A stretch of DNA of 64,000 nucleotides from Tubiluchus corallicola (Eukaryota > Animalia > Priapulida), in contig JAQGDQ010000869.1 in NCBI GenBank assembly GCA_030141605.1, forward strand, positions 22,430 through 86,429. Direction: 5' to 3'. This document shows, in pieces, positions 1-12,536 of this stretch. The first letter of the stretch is position 1. Each line of letters begins with the position of its first letter. The notes under the pieces were generated by a model. The model was given only the letters and a program-made list of their open reading frames with translations, had not been told where the DNA came from and ran no database searches. The position numbers and the translations under genes were made by a program.

Positions 1-52
1 CGAAAACAGTGACGTCACTGACGTGAGTTAGTTAAAGTAAAGATCAACTCAC

Positions 53-133
53 TGAATCGTCCACCTTGTGAGCAATGGGAATTGAACCAGCTATGATCTC
101 CTCTTCGCTCAGCGGTCTGATTCGAACAGCAAC
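53..133 (-). CDS. KIF19: Kinesin-8 KIF19-like, coding exon at the start of the motor domain; gene continues beyond the window start
   Basis: 81-nt exon bounded by tttgcag| and |gtgagt. It encodes VAVRIRPLSEEEIIAGSIPIAHKVDDS, matching the kinesin VAVRIRP start and the KIF19-type IAHKVD motif. Confidence 0.8.
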
Positions 134-617
134 CTGCAAATAGCAGCATTATTGTATACAATACAAAGACCCAAGAAAGATTTTGTGCAAGTTTCCCTAC
201 TCAATTGCGGGTCGCCATGTTGCCGCTAACAGCACCTCGCAATATCGCTTTTCATTTGTGCCGTGCAATGAAATAAAATTTATTTTAAAGAGAAAATTAT
301 ATACTGCATTGCACGTGAATGACTAGAAACAGTGTAGCATGGTGCTCCCTGGACGACACAGTGGTCCAGGCTTCAAAAGGGAGACTTGCACTATAACGTT
401 ATAGTCAATAATCTGTTTTTGCATTGACATAGATTGGAAAGGGCTTGTCTCTGTAATTTTCTACATAAGTTGCAGGCAAAACTACAAATCAGAATAAAAT
501 GTATTGAGATTAATTTACACTAGTACACAATCAATTTTTTGTTGTCAATGTCAAGTTAATTCAATGTGATTTTATTATTGTCTTGCTGAAACTACTGTTC
601 TGCTGTCGGATTCTCAC

Positions 618-698
618 CGCCAGGGTAGTTAGAATGACCTCTGGACGGTTCGGACCAGAACTTTCGGTGGGGGAGAGGCCCCTGTTCGAATACCACAT
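618..698 (-). CDS. Possible alternative first coding exon of the KIF19-like gene
   Basis: ttttag|aATG followed by 27 codons (MWYSNRGLSPTESSGPNRPEVILTTLA) and a |gtgaga donor in phase 0, compatible with exon 53-133. No homology support. Confidence 0.35.
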
Positions 699-826
699 TC
701 TAAAACGAGATTAGTAAACCGAACGACTGGGACACATTCACCATCTTTGAAAAAGGGGCATAAGACTCGACCAAAATGCTTCACTGATTTTTGTTGATGA
801 TTAAATGAGAAAAACTTGAAATTAGC

Positions 827-1770
827 AAACTGCTATTTTTATAGTGAGTGAAACTTTACGATGAATCTTGAGTAACTGACTAAACACAGAAAAACACAAA
901 GAGTAAACTGCTATTTTTATAGTGAGTGAAACTTTACGATGAATCTTGAGTAACTGACTAAACACAAAAAAAACACAAAGAGTAAACTGTTATTTTTATA
1001 GTGAGCGAAACTTTACGATGAATCTTGAGTAACTGACTAAACACAAAAAAAACACAAAGAGTAAACTATTATTTTTATAGTGAGTGAAACTTTACGATGA
1101 ATCTTGAGTAACTGACTAAACACAGAAAAACACAAAAAGTAAACTGTTATTTTTATAGTGAGTGAAACTTTACGATGAATCTTGAGTAACTGACTAAACA
1201 CAGAAAAACACAAAGAGTAAACTGCTATTTTTATAGTGAGTGAAACTTTACGATGAATCTTGAGTAACTGACTAAACACAAAAAAAACACAAAGAGTAAA
1301 CTGTTATTTTTATAGTGAGCGAAACTTTACGATGAATCTTGAGTAACTGACTAAACACAAAAAAAACACAAAGAGTAAACTATTATTTTTATAGTGAGTG
1401 AAACTTTACGATGAATCTTGAGTAACTGACTAAACACAGAAAAACACAAAAAGTAAACTGTTATTTTTATAGTGAGTGAAACTTTACGATGAATCTTGAG
1501 TAACTGACTAAACACAGAAAAACACAAAGAGTAAACTGCTATTTTTATAGTGAGTGAAACTTTACGATGAATCTTGAGTAACTGACTAAACACAAAAAAA
1601 ACAAAAGAGCAAACTGTTATTTTTATACTGAGTGAAACTTTACGATGAATCTTGAGTAACTGACTAAACACAAAAAAACAAAAGAGCAAACTGTTATTTT
1701 TATACTGAGTGAAACTTTACGATGAATCTTGAGTAACTGACTAAACACAAAAAAACAAAAGAGCAAACTG
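827..1770. repeat. 78-bp minisatellite, about 12 copies
   Basis: Unit aaactgctatttttatagtgagtgaaactttacgatgaatcttgagtaactgactaaacacagaaaaacacaaagagt repeats head to tail. Confidence 0.95.
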
Positions 1771-2039
1771 CCCTCGAGGGGTTACCAAACTCTCACATTT
1801 GCACCGAAACAGTTGGGAAGTCCTGAGAGGGCGGATGCAGGCTTGTCCTGTTCGGGGCTCAAATCACGCAACCTCTGAACTCAAGTAAACAGAATGTGGC
1901 AATTATATTTATAGACTTTGCGCAAGTGAAATAGGTAAGTACTTGAATTTGAGCCAATCAGAAGGTAGGATTTGTGAATTGATGCAGGTAAGGCATCTTA
2001 CATATTGATATGCAGGAGTGTTTTACTTTAATGTGACTT

Positions 2040-2047
2040 TGTAGTGG

Positions 2048-2078
<31 letters not shown>

Positions 2079-2290
2079 GGTGGTGGTATTGGTAGTGGTA
2101 GTAGTAGCAGCAGCAGCAGTAGCGTAGTGCTGTTGCTGTTGTTGTTGTTGATGTTGTTTTTGCTGTTGCTTTTGCTGTTGTTATTGCTGCAGCTGCTACT
2201 GTAACTGTTGCTACTGCTGCTGCTGTTGCAGCTGCTGTTACTGTTGTTGTTGTTGCTGCTGTTGCTGTTGTGGTTGCTGTTGCTCTTGAT
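2040..2290. repeat. Compound trinucleotide microsatellite (GTG/GTA/GCA/GTT/GCT)n
   Basis: Direct inspection. Confidence 0.95.
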
Positions 2291-2653
2291 CGTTCTCCTG
2301 CTGCGGACATGCATCACTATGCCGTTAAAGGGGAAGAAAAGGGCATGGAGCCTGCGTGTCTGTGTCCCTGAGCGAGTGAAAATTTGAACGCAAAACAGGG
2401 CGAAGTTCGGCTGCAACGATAAAGGGGCGCACCAACTTTTAATTCAAAATCTATTTTACCGACAGATGTTACCACTTTATTACTAGCAGTGCTTACAATT
2501 TGGTGTCGCCATCTACCTACTGAAATTTCCGTTGAACTAACATACATACATACTAACATTTGATTCATTTCACGCAGTTTTTTTAACTAAATCCCAAATT
2601 AATTTAAGTTGTATCAATAAAGGATAAATACATCTCACGACCGCTTACGTATT

Positions 2654-2911
2654 CAGGGCCGGATCAGTACCCCCAGGGGCCCCTGGGCACTGTTAGCCCA
2701 GAGGGCCCCCTCCCCAAAATCCACACCCTTAAGGAGGCCTCATTTACACCCGGACAACTGGAGCCACCACCAGACACGCAGACTACATACACACCCACCC
2801 ACAACCCCCCCCCCCCCCCACACACACACACACAGGAAAAAATATATACCCAATCGCAAAGTGTCCCTGGGCAAAAATGCCCAGGTTGCCCTTATGGTAA
2901 ATCCGGGCATG
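2654..2911. mobile_element. hAT-like MITE
   Basis: Termini CAGGGCCGGAT...ATCCGGGCATG with a near-perfect 8-bp TSD (tacgtatt/tacgtatg). Confidence 0.7.
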
Positions 2912-3532
2912 TACGTATGCACTGAAAATTAAATGAGTCCAACAAATTCACTCCCCAAAACTTACTTAACAAATTAGGTACATTTATAGAGAGTGTAAAC
3001 ACGTTAACGGAAGTAGTAATGAAAGAAGCCAATTTGTAATGATGAAACTCTAAGCTTACAGGTGCATATCTGAGCAAAGTTCAATCTTTGTCAAATATTT
3101 GCATTCGTGTTTCCTAAAATCTCCGCGTGGGTTAATATATGAGCTTGTACTGTTAGAGCAAATACCTAAGAGTTGTTGTATTCCAATTCTGTCAGCCCCA
3201 AATAAGCTACTGGTGTGATGGTTTCTGGAAGGAATCGAAGCATCCAAGAGGCCTCTAGTTTTGGAGGCACCTAACGGCGCTTCAAAGCAGTTTTTTGTGT
3301 TCTACAATAACTTATTTTGCTTGGAACAAATAAGTTTTTACGGTGTTTATATTATTGCGGCGGCAGCCAAGAGGTCCAAGGTTGAAATCAGGATCAGTCA
3401 AAGCATGTCTCTGTTGTCAATGACTATGGTCAATAGTTAGCTACAGCTAACAAAGCTTCATAGCCAAACTTTGGAATTACTGCTATTTTCTGATTTTAAA
3501 ACTTCAAATATTACTTTGATTAAGTGTATTAG

Positions 3533-3941
3533 AGGACAAGAAACTGGCCAACCAAAGTAAGCCTCAGAAAATTCGCAATAAAAAATTATATCACCTACGT
3601 ATAATCTTTAGCGAATAAAGTACTCATGTTTTCGCATTTACTCCAATCTTTGTAAAATATTTCAACCGCTGTAGTAAACGTTGGTGCAGACATGTTTCAT
3701 TTGGTCCGCCAATTGAAAAGCCAGCACGTGACTGATCACGTGGCATGACATCACTAGAACACAGTCGCAGTGAGTTCTGAGCACGTGTACTATAAAGATT
3801 TGTGTCGTGGTTCTGTGGCGCCAAAACAAACAGGAATTTTTTTAACGTGAGTATGATAAACGCTTAAGATTGCCTCTAACCGTTATAATTCTTTAGCGAA
3901 AATTTTCTGAAACTTGCTTTAACTAGGCATTTTCTTGTCCT
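3533..3941. mobile_element. Kolobok-like non-autonomous element
   Basis: Long imperfect TIRs AGGACAAGAAA...TTTCTTGTCCT, flanked by ttag and ttaa. Confidence 0.5.
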
Positions 3942-3945
3942 TTAA

Positions 3946-4212
3946 CCCTTTCATACCCATTGTATCCCGTGGGATACAAGAATATTTTCTGTCTTTAAAA
4001 TTAATAAAATTTTAAAACTGACAGTTATTTGATTTGTTAATAGTTATTTTGATTTAAGCCAATAACAGTAGACTAAAAATGGTGATAAAATGGCAAAATA
4101 GAAAATCTAGCACATTTTTTGCTTTTCTTGTGTTTTTAAAAAAGTCGGACTTTGTTTTTTTGCACATAACAAAGAATGTTGTGTATCCCACAGGATACAT
4201 TGGGAACAAACG
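3946..4212. mobile_element. piggyBac-like MITE
   Basis: TTAA|CCCTTTCATACCCATTGTATCCCGTGGGATACA has an inverted copy TGTATCCCACAGGATACATTGGGAACAAACGG. Confidence 0.5.
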
Positions 4213-4464
4213 GTTGTAATTCACTTTCATAATAATAGACACAGGAATGCAATGATGTGCAAAAACTGTCTTGTTGTTACACTCAATAAGGCAATGATGT
4301 GCAAAAATCTCTTTGCAAGTCCAGTAATTAGATAGTATTGATACAGGCCTATAGCTAGTTATATAAAATGTCTATGATAACAGTTCGGGATGATCTATAT
4401 GACGACCATTCATGCTGGAAAGTTATGGTGCTCCAAAAATATATTCCTACGACAAAGAATAACT

Positions 4465-4720
4465 ATTGATGGCGACAATCACGATGATAGTGATGCCGAT
4501 GACGACAACGATGATAATGACGAGAATGATGATAAAATCGACAATGATGATGAAGATGTTGATGATGAACGTGATTATAAAGATGATGACGATGGCTATG
4601 ATGATGATGATGACGATGGCTATGATGATGATAGCTATAATAATGATGACGATGACGATGGTTATGATGATGATGATGATGACGATGGCTATGATGATGG
4701 CTATAATGATGATGATGATT
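4465..4720. repeat. (GAT)n-type microsatellite
   Basis: Direct inspection. Confidence 0.95.
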
Positions 4721-5237
4721 ACTTATACGCAGAGAAAACCCGGGTTGTGGTGTTGATAATGGTAGGAAATAAGTTGAGAATGTGAAGCACTGCAGAGTAT
4801 TAACGAGCTGAAACACAAACCGGGTCACGTGGATGAACCTGAATGGCTTCATCTGTGATTCAAACTGTAATTGATCAGTCGGTATTCGTGCTCATTTAGA
4901 TCACTTTATAGTCCAACTCTTTCTCTTTGTCAAAGTGGTATATAAAGCTCTCTTAAATTTTCCTATGAAACTCCGCAAATTTGCGAGTTTCTTATTTTTC
5001 AACTTCTCGTTTTTTTTCTGCATCAGTATATTACTTAATTTTATTATTTTACTAGGACATTTTATAAGATGAAACTGGCAGGCTATATTAGCTTGTACGC
5101 CAGCCATAATATAGTAGTCTCCGTTATGTAAGTTGTAGTATTGCTATTTACAGTTAAGTTGTAGTATTGCTATTTACAGTCGGCAGAAAGCTTTTTCAGC
5201 CTTAATTGTTCATCCAAAAGCCGATTTTAAATAAAGA

Positions 5238-5354
5238 TTATTATTATCATTGTTGTTGTTGTTGTTGGTGGTGGTGCTGTTGTTGTTGTTGTTGTTGTTG
5301 TTGCTATTACTACTAGTACTATTACCATTATTATTATTATTATTGTTATTATCA

Positions 5355-5437
<83 letters not shown>

Positions 5438-5605
5438 CTTGTTGTTATTGCTACTAGTACCATTACCATTACCATTGTTATTATTACTACTACTGCTACT
5501 GCTACTATTACTACTACTACTACAACCACTACCGCTACCGCCGCTGCCACTGCTGTTATTATTAGTATTACTATTATTCGTCATCATCATCACTTATTAT
5601 CATCA
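5238..5605. repeat. Compound (TTG/TTA/CTA/TCA)n microsatellite
   Basis: Direct inspection. Confidence 0.95.
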
Positions 5606-5728
5606 AATGACAAACGCAATTGAATGTGTAAGATCACATTGGATTAATCTCGCATAATAATGGGAAATGGGAAACCGCTCCGGTATTTAAACAAAAGACA
5701 GCTCAAACTAATACCATCTGATGCCTAA

Positions 5729-5875
5729 TGAAGCCATACTCAAAGTATAGTGAAGCCATACTCAAAGCATAGTGAAGCCATACTCAAAGTATAATGAAGC
5801 CATACTCAAAGCATAGTGAAGCCATACTCAAAATATAATGAAACCATACCCAAAGTATAATGAAGCCATACTCAC
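5729..5875. repeat. 22-bp minisatellite, about 7 copies, abutting a splice donor
   Basis: Unit tgaagccatactcaaagtatag; the last copy reads ...catactcac, which is the minus-strand donor GTGAGT. Confidence 0.9.
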
Positions 5876-5989
5876 CACTAGCGCATTATCATCCCTTCCC
5901 ATACTATTAACAATCATTTCTCGATCCCTCTTCGGTTTCCCAGGTTTTCCCATCATATCTAAACTGGAACTGGAATCCGTCGAAGCCAT
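5876..5989 (-). CDS. KIF19: Probable first coding exon of the KIF19-like gene
   Basis: Encodes MASTDSSSSLDMMGKPGKPKRDREMIVNSMGRDDNALV and ends at a consensus |gtgagt donor in phase 0. It joins VAVRIRP, analogous to KIF19 ...QQLM|VALRVRP. The start Met is uncertain. Confidence 0.55.
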
Positions 5990-6299
5990 TCTTACAATGC
6001 TAATTTCTCCAAACTGTTCGCCTCTGCAATTGCCTTGCTGTACCGCAATTTGCCCGACTTTGTAACATTTTAGATTCTGGTGAATGGAGATTGTTACATC
6101 CAAGCATGAATGCCACAGCAAGAGTTCATTTAAACGATTTTTCTATTCCGCAACATCAACAAATTTTCTGCTCTTTTCGATGACTTTTGCACTTCATTCC
6201 TTGCGTGTACCTTTACAGCTCAGTGGGTGGTAATATAAACAATAGTTCGAAGTTTACTGGTAGAGTTGATACAGTCAATCACAGCGCACTGGAAGCTCA

Positions 6300-6430
6300 A
6301 TCAATGACGTGCTGTTCGCGCATGCGTAATCGTTCGCCAGGTGAGATTCACTTGGCTTCACTGTGTGACTTGTACCTGCGGCCGAATTGCCTGATCTTGA
6401 TGTCGTCACAATGACGTCTTTACGCTACGT
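6300..6430. promoter_or_regulatory. Candidate promoter upstream of the KIF19-like exon
   Basis: CpG-richer patch with an NRF1-like CGCGCATGCG (about 6317) and CRE-like TGACGT motifs, about 300 bp upstream of the putative ATG. Confidence 0.35.
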
Positions 6431-6641
6431 TTATACGTTTTATGTGTAATGCCAAGTGCACACGGTCCTTCAAAAGTTATACATTCAAAAGAATAACATT
6501 CAAAACACTGAACTCTGTCCACATGAGCAGTCTTCACTGACAGATACTTCAGATACTTTGCACATAACTATTTGTTGAAAGAGTGTTCTCTAGCATCTCT
6601 TCATTTTTGGAATCGTGCCAAAACTGTTTGTATGAAAACCA

Positions 6642-6936
6642 CCTCTCTCTCTCTCTCTCTCCCTCCCTCTCTATCTCTCTCTCTCTCTTTGTCTCTCTCT
6701 CTCTCTCTCTCTGTGTCTGTCTGTCTCTCTCTCTCTCTCTGTGTCTGTCTCTCTCTCTCTGTGTCTGTCTCTCTCTCTCCCTCCCTCTCTATCTCTCTCT
6801 CTTTGTCTCTCTCTCTCAGTCTCTCTCTCTCTCTGTGTGTGTCTGTCTGTCTCTCTCTCTCTCTCTGTGTCTGTCTCTCTCTCTCCCTCCCTCTCTATCT
6901 CTCTCTCTTTGTCTCTCCCTCCCTCTCTCTCTCTCT
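6642..6936. repeat. (CT)n/(CTGT)n microsatellite
   Basis: Direct inspection. Confidence 0.95.
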
Positions 6937-8200
6937 ATTACCAATTAGTGGTGATTTACAAAATTAACATGCCATTTTATGCTTCAATCATCCATTCATG
7001 AATTGAAACTTGCAGCAAATCTTTGCACAAGAATAAACATTGAACATAAAATTGTAAATGATACAGAATAAGGATGAATAAAAACAAAACAATAAACGCA
7101 CAAACATGTAAAGGCTTTGGAATGACATAAATGATGAATTAAAAACTGTTCTGCCAATTCAAAAATTACAACACTTCCTAATATCCCACACCTACTGCAG
7201 CAGTCATACCGCAATCCTGGTACAGATTATGCAAAACAAGGCATCATTGATAAATCTTTAGAGCTGATGTCAACATAGCACAATCTATTATCTTTCTTCC
7301 TACCGTTTCCCCTAACACATCCTTCTACCCTTCCTGCGTGATCTAACCTTTCTCCCTGTTCTTTTTTTCACTCATCCATTCTTTTTTTCGGGTTCACATG
7401 ACAGTGGGCTTATACAAGCCTTTGCTTCTCTAGCCCACAGCAGTACAATTATTCATTTATGATAACGATAGTCTACGAAACATAATAATTTAATACAGTA
7501 TGACGTAATAATTTTGATGTCACTGTGTGCTTAATGTCATTATATTGTACTGAATGTGATAATAATAAAACTAAAAAAAACTGCAAAATTTTGGTCCCAT
7601 TTAATTTTATTAGAAATTCATATTGATGCAAATAACAATAAATAAAAATACGATAACATATTACACGATTACAATAATTTCAAGTAATTAATTAATAAAG
7701 ACTAATTATAATCTACAGTCATAAAAAGTACGAGTCGGTTCGACAAAATTCTATAAATATGTAACAAATTACAAAATCCTATGAGCATGTTTCAAATAAA
7801 CAACAAACAAATTGCTATAATTTGGATAACAATCAAAACGTTCTGTCGCTGGTTAATCTAAAATGAAATGAATGTGTTGATGTACAATTGCATAAAATAC
7901 GTGCAGGACATGGATACTTGTCTGAAATTAAGCACGCAAATGGAAACACCACGTGCCCCCCCCCCGATCTCTAGATGAAATATCAAACAGAGCATCTTTT
8001 TTACAAGCTAAAGAGGCTAAATATCTTTGTCAAGATAAAGATAAAGTTACATAAGGCGTATGGCACTTTCTAATTTCGCACGACAATTTTTACGCACTTT
8101 TTAACTGGTTCTGCATAGGACAAAACCGCAGACCTAATAAATACAAAAATTAAAGATCAACAGTAACAGATATCAAATTTCTGTATACAAGAAGCTTTTT

Positions 8201-8569
8201 CACAGTTTCATAGTGCACACGCACAGTTGCTGTAAGTCAAAGGTTAAGTGTACGAGAGCAACGTGTCTTAACTACAACTACGTAACGTGTGGGTAAAGCA
8301 AAACTGTCGGCTACATCAGTTTAGTAACTTGAGTTGTTTTACGTTTACTTTACTTAACTATGCATTAGTCTGGGCATAGAGTGATTTATTAGCAGGACCT
8401 TGCTTGGCAACAGGAAAAAAATGAACTAAGTAAGGTTCTAGCTAGCTGTTAAAATTGTTGCTTTTACAATAGCATGGGCTGTGAGGTGTTGTCAAGTGTA
8501 CACAAATACGTTGTCTGGTACACTTAACCTTTGACCTTTTCACGATCATCATCAATTGTTAGAACTGTG
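8201..8569. mobile_element. Foldback/MITE-like element
   Basis: Inverted segments gtcaaaggttaagtgtac / gtacacttaacctttgac plus outer cacagtt...aactgtg termini. Confidence 0.4.
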
Positions 8570-8836
8570 AAAATGTTTATTTCCATACCAATTATTCAAC
8601 CCGATTTATTTTTACAAACACGGGTTCCAGACAAGCTGCCTAAATAATACTGTATGTACTGACAGACATTAAAATCCTAGGCCCGAGTACTAGAACGGAG
8701 CAAAAGAAGTAATCGTAGACAATCTACAGACGTGACGTGGTTAACAGATGACAACAGAACCATTTTTTAGAACATCAGAATTAGGCAGCCTGGAATATCA
8801 TGAACAAATTGCTTCGAACAAATTCCATCTGAACAG

Positions 8837-9186
8837 TAGGGGGCAGCACCGAAAGTTTGAATTTGATTCAAAACCAGCTTTTTAGAACCTAAAATTACGA
8901 ATTCAAATAATTCCGCAATTCAACTACAAACAATCATTAAAACGCTTGAAACATCAATGCAATCGGCACGGGTTTACCTGGGATTTGTACGCAAAATGTT
9001 TAAACAATTACTGCATTTTTACTGCAGAATAAAATCTAGAAATTTGGATGATCTTAGAAAGACCTTTGCTTTTTTAATGAATTTAAAATCTTTAAAATTT
9101 AATTCCAATTTGATTCTCATTCGAAATTCGCTTTGGTTCGAGTTCCAAAGTCACAAATTCGATTCGATAAACAATAGTCACCCCTA
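8837..9186 (-). mobile_element. Diverged copy of the TTCGAA-rich hAT-like element family (see 29883-30618)
   Basis: Termini TAGGGGGCAGCACCGAA...AGTCACCCCTA; the interior matches the reverse complement of 30300-30618. Confidence 0.6.
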
Positions 9187-9597
9187 CTCGACTGCTAAGT
9201 ATTCAAGCATGCCTAACTGTTACAGCAAACTCGCAATTAGCTGTGGATCTGTAATTGTGATTCGACACTTAAGTGACCAATGTCCTTGCTTGAAAGATCA
9301 TATTAACTATTTAAGCATAACTCTAGTAACACACTTTACGCAACAAAAATTTAATACTTTTTTTAACATTATGCATGGTACAGAGCAAGAAGTGCATCTA
9401 ATTTCTTCATCTTTAACTCTTTATGCAGAAAATACCAGAACGATAATTACAAATTAAACTGATTAAATTTAAATTAAGTTCATATATTTACAGCAATTCA
9501 TAACATTAAACTTTCAAGAGTATCTATAAAACATGTCTGACATTCTCCTAGACAGCAGTGTTATGATCGCTATTTCTGTTAACGTCACTTATTAATA

Positions 9598-10859
9598 CAG
9601 TCAAACCTCTTAAATGGTCCCTCTGAAATGCCGACCTCGCTTAACACCAGGGGTAGCATCGAACGCTCGAATCCAGTTCGCTTTGTGGTAGGGCATGCTC
9701 ACCCCTAACACCAGGGCGAGCATCGAACGTTCGAATCGAGTTCGCTTTGCGGTAGGGAATGCTCACCCCTAACACCAGGGCGAGCATCGAACGCTCGAAT
9801 CGAGTTCGCTTTGCGGTAGGGCATGCTCACCCCTAACACCAGGGGGAGCATCGAACGCTCGAATCGAGTTCGCTTTGCGGTAGGGAATGCTCACCCCTAA
9901 CACCAGGGGTAGCATCGAACGTTCGAATCGAGTTCGCTTTGTGGTAGGGAGTGCTCACCCCTAACACCAGGGGTAGCATCGAACGCTCGAATCCAGTTCG
10001 CTTTGCGGTAGGGCATGCTCACCCCTAACACCAGGGCGAGCATCGAACGTTCGAATCGAGTTCGCTTTGCGGTAGGGAATGCTCACCCCTAACACCAGGG
10101 CGAGCATCGAACGTTCGAATCCAGTTCGCTTTGCGGTAGGGAATGCTCACCCCTAACACCAGGGGTAGCATCGAACGTTCGAATCGAGTTCGCTTTGCGG
10201 TAGGGAATGCTCACCCCTAACACCAGGGGTAGCATCGAACGTTCGAATCCAGTTCGCTTTGCGGTAGGGCATGCTCACCCCTAACACCAGGGGTAGCATC
10301 GAACGTTCGAATCGAGTTCGCTTTGTGGTAGGGAGTGCTCACCCCTAACACCAGGGGTAGCATCGAACGTTCGAATCGAGTTCGCTTTGCGGTAGGGAAT
10401 GCTCACCCCTAACACCAGGGGTAGCATCGAACGTTCGAATCGAGTTCGCTTTGTGGTAGGGAGTGCTCACCCCTAACACCAGGGGTAGCATCGAACGCTC
10501 GAATCCAGTTCGCTTTGTGGTAGGGAGTGCTCACCCCTAACACCAGGGGTAGCATCGAACGCTCGAATCCAGTTCGCTTTGTGGTAGGGAGTGCTCACCC
10601 CTAACACCAGGGGTAGCATCGAACGCTCGAATCCAGTTCGCTTTGCGGTAGGGAATGCTCACCCCTAACACCAGGGGGAGCATCGAACGCTCGAATCGAG
10701 TTCGCTTTGCGGTAGGGAATGATCACCCCCTACTCAACATTCAAACTTTTGGCAAAACTAAAGTGTTTATTTGCATAGACATGTATGTATTAATGCACCG
10801 TGTTATAATGCCAAATTTTACAGGAGTCCTAAAGTAGGTGAAATAAAGAGGGATAACTG
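9598..10859. mobile_element. Tc1/pogo(Tigger)-like MITE hosting the 64-bp array
   Basis: TA|CAGTCAAACCTCTT...AAGAGGGATAACTG|TA, imperfect TIRs with a TA TSD. Confidence 0.5.
9648..10732. repeat. 64-bp tandem array (17 copies) of a 60-bp mini-MITE
   Basis: Unit CAGGGGTAGCATCGAACGTTCGAATCGAGTTCGCTTTGCGGTAGGGAATGCTCACCCCTA plus ACAC; each unit has its own terminal inverted repeats. Confidence 0.92.
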
Positions 10860-10878
10860 TATGTTGAAGTCACATGTA

Positions 10879-11218
10879 CAGTCGACCCTCGTTAAACCGG
10901 ACCCCGTTAGCCCGGATATCGGATAAGACGGACGTCATCCGTGGTAAAGGAAACTGACCCGATTTCCGTCCGAGCCGGAGCGCTAAACACAACACGACCT
11001 ACCAACTGTACAATAATTTCTTTATCCTCACAGGTTAACTATTTTCAAGTAATATACAGTATAGTATATAGTGCAATGTATATAGGCCTTATTAAGGTGA
11101 TTATTCCTGTATAATATAGACCATATATAGGCACATCGGATAAATCAGACAATCGGCTAAAACGGACACCCCCCCCCCCCCCCCCCCCCAATTAGTCCGG
11201 TTTAACGAGGGTTGACTG
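10879..11218. mobile_element. Tc1/pogo-like MITE
   Basis: TA|CAGTCGACCCTCGTTAAACCGGAC...GTCCGGTTTAACGAGGGTTGACTG|TA, about 24-bp TIRs with a TA TSD. Confidence 0.88.
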
Positions 11219-11439
11219 TATTATGTTTAACTGTAACAACACAAAATGATGGAAACGGTGCAAGAATCGATTCGAAATCCTCAACTTTTATCAGTATGAC
11301 CGAAAAACGTCAAAACTATGTCTGATCATTGTTGAAAACTATGTTATCTCACTCTGTAATAAGAAAATCACTTTTTCGTTCAAGAACTACTTTTCAATTC
11401 ATTTTTAATAATCATCACTGTCGTCATCATATGATTGTT

Positions 11440-11560
11440 TCCATTGTAGATAATGGGCAGGCAGAATTCTAAAATAAAGAACCCGAGACAGATAAACACA
11501 GAAGTAATCCAGCAAAAAACTAGATGCTGCAATGCCAGTGTCTTGTCAGCAGCACTTCCC
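11440..11560. mobile_element. Short dispersed retroposon-like repeat, copy 1
   Basis: Similar to 12850-12981 and 35711-35864 (cagaattctaaaataaa...gtaatccagcaa...cttgtcagca). Confidence 0.6.
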
Positions 11561-12536
11561 AGCAAATGTCAAAAGAGGAAAGGAGGGAAATCATCTGAGT
11601 AAGACAGAGCTTCTTCAAACATGCATGTTTTTTGCAGGACAGGTCTCCTGTATACTAAAGTTTCCAGAAAAACTCCTTAGCACTGGAAATAGCTAAAAAC
11701 GTTAATACAGTAGGCACAGCATAATAGACTCAGTTTGGGATGGAAATGTTTTGAACCAATTAACCCGATAAATCTATTAATCGCCGGGTGAAGAAGTACC
11801 AGGATAGAAGTATGAGTCATCACTTCTCGGCTTCGTACGCACTGCAAAGGCCATGAGTACTTTAAATGTTAGATTATTAGGCTCATGTTGTATTACTAAA
11901 AATTAATTCAATGCTCTTAGTTGCTCGATGATATTTATGTTTGTAAAGTTACAAAGAATACTGACAGATTACTGCCGCTGCATCGGCGGCATAACAGCAA
12001 CGGTTAAGTGATTAAACCTTCTGTGAAAAACAGCAAGAGTTTCAAAAGGAAACTCCTAGGCAAACGAGTAAAAGTTTAACTTCTATAAATTCTTGTGCAC
12101 GAAGTTAATTTGGGACAGACAAGAAGGTGACAGATTCAAAGAAAACAGCTGCGCCAGCACATTAGGGTGTGATAAATGTACCTGCTTATCACGGTACTTA
12201 AAATGTTGTTTCTACACGTATTATACTGCATAAAACCAAAGTAAACATGACGTAAAAAAAGTAAAAATTCTTTGATCAAACATACAAATGTCTTACTCTA
12301 ACTACCTCAAGCAAAAATATTGAGTCAATTAAGCGGAGTTATACGAGTCAACTGCCGAAAGTTTTTACATACATTTGAATAGGAGCCCGTAACAGATGTT
12401 TCTGAGTCAATTAAGCGACTGATTCTATTAACCGCGAGTCTAATAAATGGCTGCTACTGTAATTAAAAAACTGATAGCGTTCATATCACTCGTACAGGTA
12501 TAAGGCAAGGTATAAAATTAATGCGATGCTTTTTCA

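Noticed and set aside
1037-1689. Repetitive ORFs FSQLLKIHRKVSL...
   Set aside because: Translation of the 78-bp minisatellite, broken by poly-A length changes.
1958-7001. Poly-Asp/His/Asn/Leu and Ser-Leu ORFs
   Set aside because: Microsatellite translations with no splice or homology support (except the 5876-5989 exon).
9648-10732. CRISPR-like array of palindromic repeats
   Set aside because: No unique spacers (the units are contiguous and near-identical), no cas genes, and a eukaryotic context; explained as a mini-MITE satellite.
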